DNA of 64,000 nucleotides, taken from assembly GCA_041752695.1 (NCBI GenBank), contig JBGSVZ010000068.1:1-64000 (forward strand). Direction: 5' to 3'. Position 1 is the first letter of the stretch; each line of letters starts with the position of its first letter. Shown here one piece after another: positions 56,354-64,000 of the stretch. The stretch comes from Terrimicrobiaceae bacterium (GTDB lineage: Bacteria; Verrucomicrobiota; Verrucomicrobiia; Chthoniobacterales; Terrimicrobiaceae). The position numbers and the translations under genes are program-made. The notes beneath the pieces are model-generated. The model did not search any database. It saw only the letters and a program-made list of their open reading frames with translations, and had not been told where the DNA came from.

Positions 56354-57177
56354 AAAGCATAATTTCGCCAAAGAGTTTCCGCTCCCGCATTATCCAAAAA
56401 ATTGTCGCAGGATACCAGGCGGTAGCGCTGCAGGCATTCCTCCCCGGGCGCGAGTTTCCATTCACCGGCAATGCAACGTCCAGGCCCTACCCCTAACTGA
56501 TAGTCGACCCGCCAGGGCACCGGATGGCCCGGATTCAAAGGATGATCCATCAAGATAAAACCATGAGGGACGTTGTCGGGAGCCAGCGGCATCCGCACCC
56601 GCACCCAACGGGCCGGAGCGCCCTCGCAGTTCTCACCGGTTGCTCCCTCGCTGTTTTCGACCTCTCCCCCGTGCTCGGAACGGTAGGGCATCCGGAGAAA
56701 AAGTCCGCCATAGTCATAGCGTCCGAAATGGACGGCGATCTCGGCATGCAAAGTCCATGAGAGATCGAGCACCAGCCGGTTGTCGGCAAGAGCAACCCTC
56801 CAGGACTGACTTTCCTTGAGGATGCAATCGCCGGTAGGAGTCAAATAATCGACACACAGCGTCACGTCCGTGGTGTCATGGTCTGACACCACCAGCGAAG
56901 CGGGAGAAGACCGAAAACGGCCTGTCACCTCCGGGGACAATCCTGCTTTTCCTTCGCACCAGAAATCCAGGCCGTTGACGGCGTTCAGCCCGATATAAAG
57001 ACCGTGCTGCCAAGGGTGATGTGGAGGTGCATCTTCGGTCAAAACGGAGCCGGTCCCGGGGACCGTAATCGGATGGAGATACGGCCGGTTTTCGGGGTTG
57101 AAAGGAAAGCCGACGAGCGTATGCCCGTTGCCATCCCGAACGTCGAGCCCAAGAGAGGAATGAACCGCTTGCAACAT
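56350..57177 (-). CDS. PmoA-family (DUF6807-like) protein
   Basis: RPYLHPI, APPHHPWQHGLY, DFW, YGGLFLRM and MDHPLNPGHPVPW. Confidence 0.85.
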   Translation of the reverse strand: MLQAVHSSLGLDVRDGNGHTLVGFPFNPENRPYLHPITVPGTGSVLTEDAPPHHPWQHGLYIGLNAVNGLDFWCEGKAGLSPEVTGRFRSSPASLVVSDHDTTDVTLCVDYLTPTGDCILKESQSWRVALADNRLVLDLSWTLHAEIAVHFGRYDYGGLFLRMPYRSEHGGEVENSEGATGENCEGAPARWVRVRMPLAPDNVPHGFILMDHPLNPGHPVPWRVDYQLGVGPGRCIAGEWKLAPGEECLQRYRLVSCDNFLDNAGAETLWRNYAL

Positions 57178-57258
57178 AAAGTAGAACTATTTGCTAACTG
57201 CCTGCCTGGCTAAGCGGAGGGCAGAGGTGCTGATAGAAATGGACATAAACAATGAAGG

Positions 57259-57858
57259 CTACGGTCGAAAGAGTCGCAACGACCCATTCAGCGGATCGAT
57301 TTGGACCGTGGCAAAGTTTGCGGGAGGGCTGCTGCCTGTCCCGGGCTTGTTCGCACTGCGCACGGTGACGTACCATTTTCCGGTGGGGCTGAGGTCGGTG
57401 GAGGCATCGGAATTCAAAATAAAGGACCGATAGGTGTAATTGATTCCGGCGACAGGAATAGGAGTGGTGGAACTCCGTTCCGGGCCCGTAAGGAGGGAAG
57501 AGAGCGTGGGATTGGTTTCGATGACGGCCATCTTGGGCAAAGCGACCACTTTCGTCAGTGGCCGAGCCACACTTTGGGAATCCATCTGGAAAATCTGGAT
57601 CCCGCGATATTCCCCTCCGGCGGTGCCCCCGGGTAAGCTGGGATCTTCATACCGCAAAAAGCGGACCTCGGTTTTCCGACTGTTGGCCACAGCCTTTTGC
57701 CGCGCAAAACTGATCTGGGCGGCAATCGTTTCCGCCGCATCGGAAATGCTCCTCCCCGTCAGGACCGAGTTGAGGGCTGGAACTGCCAGAACGGTGAGAA
57801 TGCCGATCAAAGAAATGACGACCAAAAGCTCAACCAGACTGAAAGCTTGTTGTTTCAT
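57259..57858 (-). CDS. vccD: Verru_Chthon cassette protein D (pilin-like)
   Basis: AFSLVELLVV prepilin motif; ARQKAV...EVRF; C-terminal NFATVQIDPLNG...RP. Confidence 0.9.
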   Translation of the reverse strand: MKQQAFSLVELLVVISLIGILTVLAVPALNSVLTGRSISDAAETIAAQISFARQKAVANSRKTEVRFLRYEDPSLPGGTAGGEYRGIQIFQMDSQSVARPLTKVVALPKMAVIETNPTLSSLLTGPERSSTTPIPVAGINYTYRSFILNSDASTDLSPTGKWYVTVRSANKPGTGSSPPANFATVQIDPLNGSLRLFRP

Positions 57859-60800
57859 GGGTCAAATCGCTTCGTGCCGACCACACGGAACCTGTAGTAG
57901 GTGTCCAAATTGTAGCGCTCACCTGCGTCGGGATATTTTGTGGAATTTCCACCCGTGGCGGTGATGAAATCCGGCAGATCCGGATCGCTGGCGTCCACGT
58001 AGCGTTCAAGTTGGGTGGATCCGCGATACTCGGAAACCACAGATTCCTTGGCCTCGTTCCAGCCATCAACAGGAGTGGAGGCAGACGCGGGACTCTTTTT
58101 CAAGGCCTGGACTTTGTAATGTATGGTGAACGAGTTCGATTTTGTCGTCATACGCGGATAGATCTGGTTGTAAGGCGACTCGCGCACGTTATCCCCTGTC
58201 AGCTTGTAGTTGTCCCACCATGAAGAGATGTTGGCGTACGATGGGTCGGTTCCTCCCGTGTCTTTGGGCACGAGAAAAATACCGCAGATTTCCGCGGCGG
58301 AGCGGAAAATGTCGCCTGTGGCAAAGCGGTTCTCAAATCCTTTGAGGGTGCCCGTGGCTTCGTCGAGATTGAGGCTAAATCGCGTCTTGACGTCGGGAAT
58401 CCCAGCAGAGGCATTGGGATCCGTCTTTTTATATTGGGTTGCGCCATCGGCGGTTGTCAAAATGGTGGCAATGGCGCCAAGCTGAACAGACTTGAGAACT
58501 CCCCGCACGGCCGTGCTTCTGGAGATGTTTGTAAACGGCATGATCTGATAGTTGAGATTGACTTTCCCAGCCGTGGAGAGCGGCTCACTAATGGCGTAGG
58601 GCTCCACAATCGGCATGGTGAATAAATCAAGCATTAAATAGTCCTTCGGATCCTTGAAGCCGTAATGATCCGCCGCCGTTGAACCTTTCGAGGCTGGATT
58701 GGCGCAGAACAATAGGGTTTGCCAAGGCTGGAGGTCACCGGTGGCGTTGGGGGTGGGAAGGGAGCCAAACATTAAGGCGGAAGCGACCTGACGATTGGGG
58801 GAAAAGCTCGTGAGTGCGTTGTTATTGCTGGTCGTTTGCGTCCAATACCCCCCGGTTCCATCTCCGGCATTAAGATTTCCGGGATCCGGTTTGTTGATAT
58901 ACGGGCCGTCCTGGATGAAGCCTGAACCGCTGTCCCAATCCCCGGGCTTTCCATTGGACATCAAAGCCGCAAGCGTGCCGTGCGCCGCGACGGGCGTGTC
59001 GCCTTGAGAGTAGGTCACGCCCGCCACCAGTCCTCCCGGAACCGGAATGCCACCGTTTGAGCCAGCCAGGGTGGAAGCGTTGGACTGGCGATCTTCCACC
59101 CCCCACTCGTTCATGACCTGAAGTCCGCCCAGACCATTGTTTTTGTTATCCCGGTTTTCAAAATTTCCAGCGCCGCGGGCGCCGCTTCCTATGCCGTATT
59201 GGTAGTCGCGGTGACTACTGCTGCGCAGACTGGTCGCATAGCGATTTCGCCGCCCGGCCGCCCATGCTGCATTCTGCGGGGGGTTGGACCCGTTCAGCGC
59301 GGTTCGCGCATCCGTGTAGCGCGCTGGGATAAGCGTGTAGTTTGGATGCGGTCTGAAATAGCTGTCCGGGACTTCGACGTTTCCGGCAATGAGACGTAAA
59401 TCCCCATTTATGGGTGCATTCGGGCTCGCTTCAATGCTGCGCACGATATCACCTTCCCGAATCAAATTGTCGCGGCCGGGTCCTGCCGTGATGCGGTCGT
59501 TGTAGTTGTGAGAAATCTCCGTGCCATCGGCGGGGGGGCAGAAAAGGGAGCCGGAAACAAGAGCACCGTTTGTCATGGCCTGCGGCACCGGCAGGTTATT
59601 GATCGGAGGAAAGTCCATCGTGATGGTCTGAAACACTTCTCCGCTTGTCGCCGTGGCGGGAGATCCCACGCCAGAGCGGATCTTCAATGTCAGGGTCCCG
59701 CCGCTAAAATTAAAAGTCGCATTCTCATCGGGAGGCACCGGCACTTTTGCGCTGTAAAAGGGATACCCTGTGTGCTCGTTGGGATCGAGAATCTTGAATT
59801 TATTGTTGTCAGCGCCATTCCCGCCGAACGTCGTAGACTTCCTCATCGAGCGAAGCACGCCTCCGAAGGCCAGGATTTCGCCCACATCAGAGCTGGCTCC
59901 CGCGTCCGCACTCAAGCGATTAACCGCATTGGAAAACGACCCGCTGCCAAAGGCACCCCCACTTCCTGAAAATGTGGTGATGCTAAACCCGCCGTTGAAG
60001 TTCATTTCGTATCGGCAGATGGGAGCCCAGTTGTACATACCGGGTGTGGGTTGGAAAGGTTGAGTCACCAGTATGGCCTGCATTTCCGTGGTGAGCGGTG
60101 GCTTGAAAGGAGCCACGTTTGGGGGACCGAGAGGGTTTGCCTTGGTCTTGGTAGCAAAAAATATGATCGCAGCCTGGGTGACGGTGCTGAAGCGCCCATA
60201 CCCTTTTGTGTCGCCATTGCCGGCATTAACTTTGAGGGGAACGATAAACCGTTCGCCGTTCAGTCGAGAGCTATCACGCAGGGTCGTAAAATGATAACCA
60301 CCGGGTAACCCGGACGGCATTGTGTTGAGTCCACTTCGCATGAGGTCGATCATCGAGGTCAGAACCCGGTCGCGTCCCAGGGCCGTCCACTTTGCCTCGA
60401 AGTTGCCCCCGAAACCCGGGATGTTTTCCGCCGTTTTCTGTTGCAGGTATTGGTAGAGTTGCTGATTGCGGGGGATATTATTGAAGTCTAGGGTATTGCT
60501 TAGCGCACTGGGAATCTTGGTCAGGTCGGATCCGCTCCATGCGTCCAGAGTGTTCCAGTCCCCAGGGCCTTCACTGAAACGTTGAAAATAGTAAGGTTTT
60601 CCTCCGATCTTCGTGCAGAACTCCAGCAGTTTGTCCTTTGGATCGCGGGGAGGGGTTCTGGCCGGATTGACGTCCGTGCCGGCCTGGAGGGGCCAAAGTC
60701 CGATGCGGGGCTGATTGTAAAGGTTCACTTCCGGTGCCCGACTCAAGGCCGTCAGGAAAAATTTGCTCAGTTCCAGAGACTGCTTCGTCAAGGCCGGCTT

Positions 60801-61997
60801 GTTGAGTGTCCGGGCCGGGTTGAAAACCAGTTCATCCAGCGAGGTGTATAAACGGTCGCCATCCAGAGCCAGATTGATGGAAGTGTCACTGCTCATCGTG
60901 ACCCGGGTTCCGCCTTGTGAACTGTAGTCGTTTAAGCCCGTGCTATCAAGATAGGCGACCCGGGGTGTCAGGTCATAATACGCATTAAGTTTGGGAGCGT
61001 CGCCGGCAACGAGAGGATCCGGCCGCGGCAACACCCATCCCAAAGCGGGACTCAGCGAAGTCATGGCCGGATGACCGGGAGCTCTTTGAAATTCGTCCTT
61101 GATCGGCATGGAGCGGGCGAGGGCAATTTCCGATTTGATGGTGGCGCGGGGAACGTCGTAGCTGGTTCCCTCCGAGGCCGTGTTTATGTTCAGTTTGCAG
61201 GTTTCATCATCGGTCCAGAATGCGATGCGTCCGACAATCGGGTTGGTCGTGCTAATGGCGGCCGAAGAGTCGAAGGTAACGATGTCCCCATTCAGTCCGG
61301 TTGGGGCAACGACCTTTCCGTCCTGCAACAGATAGAGCCAGGCCGTGGGCATGGGGACCGGATTGGGTTGCGCCAGAGGATTATAGTTGGCTGCGGGAGG
61401 GTACGAGCCTGTGTACCCGGATGGACCGCCCGCTGCGATGGCAAAGCCCTCGACTTTGCCGATGGCGGAGGGATCGACGATCGGGTAGTTTGCCACATAG
61501 GTTTTGCCACTGGCCGCGTCGGGGACGATCCCGCCGCTTGGATCGCTCACCAACGCCGGTTGGTTGATGTCTGTGTAGAGGCCCGGGGCATTTTTCCAGT
61601 TGGCGTAGGCGGGCAAGTCGGCGGTGGGAGCGAAGGTGGCTCCGTCCTCGACCATGTTCGCCGCGGAGTAGAGCTTAAAAACGTTACCCTTCAGTCCCTG
61701 ATCGTTGTAGGTGCGGATCATGCCCGGCTGCGACGCCCAGGCGAGCTTGGGCGAGGTCGGGTCGCCAGGGTTTGCGGACCCCTTGGTGGCATCCGTGATT
61801 TGCGCCATAACAAGTTGAACGGCGGACTCCGCCAACTGCTTGCTCTGTATGCCTGCGGCGTAGGAATTTGTCGAGGTGAGCTCATTCTTCACCGAGTTCA
61901 TGAAAACGATGACCATGGTGGAGACGAAGACCAGAATGATCAGAACCAGCACGAGCGCCATCGCCCGGTGATTGGAAGAATGTCCGCGAGGCTTCAT
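57855..61997 (-). CDS. vccA: Verru_Chthon cassette protein A
   Basis: MALVLVL N-terminus, WASQPGMIRTY, GRIAFWTDDETCKLNINTASEG, AGKVNLNYQIMPF and EYRGSTQLERYVD. Confidence 0.92.
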   Translation of the reverse strand: MKPRGHSSNHRAMALVLVLIILVFVSTMVIVFMNSVKNELTSTNSYAAGIQSKQLAESAVQLVMAQITDATKGSANPGDPTSPKLAWASQPGMIRTYNDQGLKGNVFKLYSAANMVEDGATFAPTADLPAYANWKNAPGLYTDINQPALVSDPSGGIVPDAASGKTYVANYPIVDPSAIGKVEGFAIAAGGPSGYTGSYPPAANYNPLAQPNPVPMPTAWLYLLQDGKVVAPTGLNGDIVTFDSSAAISTTNPIVGRIAFWTDDETCKLNINTASEGTSYDVPRATIKSEIALARSMPIKDEFQRAPGHPAMTSLSPALGWVLPRPDPLVAGDAPKLNAYYDLTPRVAYLDSTGLNDYSSQGGTRVTMSSDTSINLALDGDRLYTSLDELVFNPARTLNKPALTKQSLELSKFFLTALSRAPEVNLYNQPRIGLWPLQAGTDVNPARTPPRDPKDKLLEFCTKIGGKPYYFQRFSEGPGDWNTLDAWSGSDLTKIPSALSNTLDFNNIPRNQQLYQYLQQKTAENIPGFGGNFEAKWTALGRDRVLTSMIDLMRSGLNTMPSGLPGGYHFTTLRDSSRLNGERFIVPLKVNAGNGDTKGYGRFSTVTQAAIIFFATKTKANPLGPPNVAPFKPPLTTEMQAILVTQPFQPTPGMYNWAPICRYEMNFNGGFSITTFSGSGGAFGSGSFSNAVNRLSADAGASSDVGEILAFGGVLRSMRKSTTFGGNGADNNKFKILDPNEHTGYPFYSAKVPVPPDENATFNFSGGTLTLKIRSGVGSPATATSGEVFQTITMDFPPINNLPVPQAMTNGALVSGSLFCPPADGTEISHNYNDRITAGPGRDNLIREGDIVRSIEASPNAPINGDLRLIAGNVEVPDSYFRPHPNYTLIPARYTDARTALNGSNPPQNAAWAAGRRNRYATSLRSSSHRDYQYGIGSGARGAGNFENRDNKNNGLGGLQVMNEWGVEDRQSNASTLAGSNGGIPVPGGLVAGVTYSQGDTPVAAHGTLAALMSNGKPGDWDSGSGFIQDGPYINKPDPGNLNAGDGTGGYWTQTTSNNNALTSFSPNRQVASALMFGSLPTPNATGDLQPWQTLLFCANPASKGSTAADHYGFKDPKDYLMLDLFTMPIVEPYAISEPLSTAGKVNLNYQIMPFTNISRSTAVRGVLKSVQLGAIATILTTADGATQYKKTDPNASAGIPDVKTRFSLNLDEATGTLKGFENRFATGDIFRSAAEICGIFLVPKDTGGTDPSYANISSWWDNYKLTGDNVRESPYNQIYPRMTTKSNSFTIHYKVQALKKSPASASTPVDGWNEAKESVVSEYRGSTQLERYVDASDPDLPDFITATGGNSTKYPDAGERYNLDTYYRFRVVGTKRFDP

Positions 61998-61999
61998 GT

Positions 62000-63067
62000 T
62001 TATTGGGTTTGAGCCCGGCTCCATTTGGCTGCTTTTACGATGACGTTGCTCGTGAAGATTCGATAGTTCAGTTTCTGCGATTGGAGGGTGGCCTCGAGTG
62101 TTTTGAGATCCTTGGCATAGCCATTTTGCGCCGGATCAGTGAGACTGCCTGCCACCTTGAACAAGCTGTCTAGTCCTAGGGCTGGGGCCGCTGTTCCTGA
62201 TTGAAGTCGCTTGAACGACGTTTCATCCACGGCGACCATGGTGACTTGAAGCACCGGGGGAAGTTGGTTTTTCCAGTTGGTGTCCGCGTTTACCACCGCG
62301 GAATCGTTCTTGTCCGTTTTCGAGGAGTCGTAGCTGTAATCAGGCGAGAGCTTGGTTCCTGTGCTATCTTCCTGGCCGGAGAGTTTCGGGAGAATGACGA
62401 GGGCAATGATGTTTTCCGCCAGCACATGGCTGTTGCTACGGTTGGCCAGAGGGTTCGTGAACCACTCCCGCGTCTTGTAAAGAGAGCACTTGAGCAGGCC
62501 CAAGCTGTTTCTCCCTGAGGTGTATTGATAGAGGGTCATTTGATCCGAAGGCTCCATCAATTCCATGAGCCGATAGCGATACCGTAGGGGCGAGATGGAG
62601 GGGGTGAGAAAATCCGGCCGTGAAGCCGTGTCCCCGTCGAATTCAATGTAGTATCCCCAAGTATTCAAAAGACTCTCGAGTCCTCCGAAAGCCGGAGAGT
62701 CGGAAACAAATCCCAAGGGAGCCTGGAAAAAGACGCTGTGGGTTGGTCTTGGTGGGGAGGAGGAGGCATCTCCAGCTACCCCGGGGCCGCTGATAAACCG
62801 GAGTTCAGATTGACGCAAGTAGCGGGTCGGCGCAGAAGCATCGTCATAATCCCAATAGGTGTTGAGGGTGGCCTGGCTGAGACGTCTTGTGATAGTTTCA
62901 AACGCGGTGCGGGCCGCTCTGAACTGCTCGATTTTTGCCCCGGCTCGCTGAGTGATGCCAGCAGTCTCATTGGTGATTCCAAGGAGAAGGACGACCAACA
63001 TCGACAAGAGGGCCATGCCCACCAAAAGCTCGACCAGCGTAAATGCACTTTTGACAGATCGTGCCAT
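62000..63067 (-). CDS. vccC: Verru_Chthon cassette protein C (pilin-like)
   Basis: AFTLVELLV, LSQATLNTYWDY, RQSELRF, FFQAPLG, LAENIIAL and QLPPVLQVTMVAVDE. Confidence 0.92.
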   Translation of the reverse strand: MARSVKSAFTLVELLVGMALLSMLVVLLLGITNETAGITQRAGAKIEQFRAARTAFETITRRLSQATLNTYWDYDDASAPTRYLRQSELRFISGPGVAGDASSSPPRPTHSVFFQAPLGFVSDSPAFGGLESLLNTWGYYIEFDGDTASRPDFLTPSISPLRYRYRLMELMEPSDQMTLYQYTSGRNSLGLLKCSLYKTREWFTNPLANRSNSHVLAENIIALVILPKLSGQEDSTGTKLSPDYSYDSSKTDKNDSAVVNADTNWKNQLPPVLQVTMVAVDETSFKRLQSGTAAPALGLDSLFKVAGSLTDPAQNGYAKDLKTLEATLQSQKLNYRIFTSNVIVKAAKWSRAQTQ

Positions 63068-63081
63068 TTGCTCTCCCTGCT

Positions 63082-63675
63082 TTAATTCGCCGATCGTGCC
63101 ACCAGAGCGGATACTTTACGAGCGGCCTGGGTTCCAGCCTGACTAATGGTGATCGACAAGGTCGCCAGATTTTCGGAACTGGTTCCAAGACTTCCCGGAA
63201 TCGTCGTGCCCTTGGTGATTTGGAGCCGGACGTCGTAGATTTTGAGCGGATCGGAACCGCTCTTCAGCAGGTTGCCCTGGTCGTCGAAATAGTATAACTG
63301 CGTCGCGGGGAGGGACTTGTAATCGGCCTGTTGCACTTCGTTGATTACAACTTGGGTAATTTGTGTGCTAACGCTGGTTTCTACGGTTTGCCGCAGTGTG
63401 GTTAACCCAATAGGCATCAGTCCCACCACGGAGATTAACCCAAAAGCCACAATTCCGAGGGCCATGGTAATCTCAACAAGGGAGAATGCGGAATTTTCTC
63501 CTCTGCACAAAAGCGGACTCCACCAGGTCATCCCGGCGGGTTCCACCTTGCGGCTGGAGAACTCGATTTCTTCAACAGAGGTCCGTTCGGCTTCATGAGA
63601 CGATCTATAGCATCGCTTCTCGGCGGAACTTGCCTCTGAGCGGGCAGGAGAGGGAACAACTGGGGGAATGTTCAT
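63082..63675 (-). CDS. vccB: Verru_Chthon cassette protein B (pilin-like)
   Basis: AFSLVEITMALGIVAFGLISVVGLMPIGL and YFDDQG. The true start may lie downstream of 63675. Confidence 0.88.
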   Translation of the reverse strand: MNIPPVVPSPARSEASSAEKRCYRSSHEAERTSVEEIEFSSRKVEPAGMTWWSPLLCRGENSAFSLVEITMALGIVAFGLISVVGLMPIGLTTLRQTVETSVSTQITQVVINEVQQADYKSLPATQLYYFDDQGNLLKSGSDPLKIYDVRLQITKGTTIPGSLGTSSENLATLSITISQAGTQAARKVSALVARSAN

Positions 63676-64000
63676 GAGGTAGGAAGTCGATCTACGATGG
63701 GTTTCGTATCTACGATGTATTTACGTGAAGTTAGTGTTTGATGCCACATGAGTCCATCCGTGAAAGCGGAATTGTTCTCCGGTATCGCGACACCTCTCGA
63801 TGTCCTTTTCAAGAGGGTCTCGAGGAGTGGGTTTGCATTGGACAATAGCATTGGGGCCGGACTGCTCAAGGAATGCTGACGATCCGTGCGAAGGAATTGC
63901 AGGATGGCGCGTCGTCTTGCTTTCGCGGACTTCCTTTGGGTAGAGAGGAGGCTAGCCGTTACAACCTGCCCAATGATACCTCACCCTGGCCAACTACACT

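Noticed and set aside
56350..57177. Methane monooxygenase function implied by the PmoA family name
   Set aside because: The protein is soluble, has no TM helices and no pmoB/pmoC neighbours; the family name is misleading.
63672..63869. 65-aa ORF upstream of vccB
   Set aside because: Short, with no motif or supporting signals.

Overview
Bacterial accessory region, most likely from Verrucomicrobiota (Chthoniobacterales-like). This is inferred from the Verru_Chthon pilin-like cassette, two PEP-CTERM genes and verrucomicrobial C-terminal domains. (1) 1-13,300 is a mobile-looking block. It holds an IS21-type end, a ClpP remnant, a six-gene minus-strand operon and a decayed integrase/excisionase element. 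The operon encodes a CBM48-like/gluconate-2-dehydrogenase-subunit-3 fusion, a GMC flavoprotein, two cupins with large unknown N-terminal domains, a CBM48-GH13 enzyme and a polytopic membrane protein. It is the best candidate for an undescribed system, namely cytoplasmic alpha-glucan/glycogen-targeted oxidation. (2) 13,380-44,259 is a glycan-utilisation region: GH63-like, GH16, GH4, GH52, GH2, GH29 and unclassified secreted proteins. It has two PEP-CTERM/XylR-like divergons, a TetR-SDR pair with two visible operators, and a decayed paralog showing a gene-conversion-like tract. (3) 44,271-63,675 is a minus-strand run: vccB-C-A-D, PmoA-like, two 2-hydroxyacid dehydrogenases, GH1, a beta-helix protein, GH42, FHA-DUF4159 and an FG-GAP protein. 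No rRNA, tRNA or CRISPR array was recognised. All family calls come from motifs recognised by eye; no searches were run.
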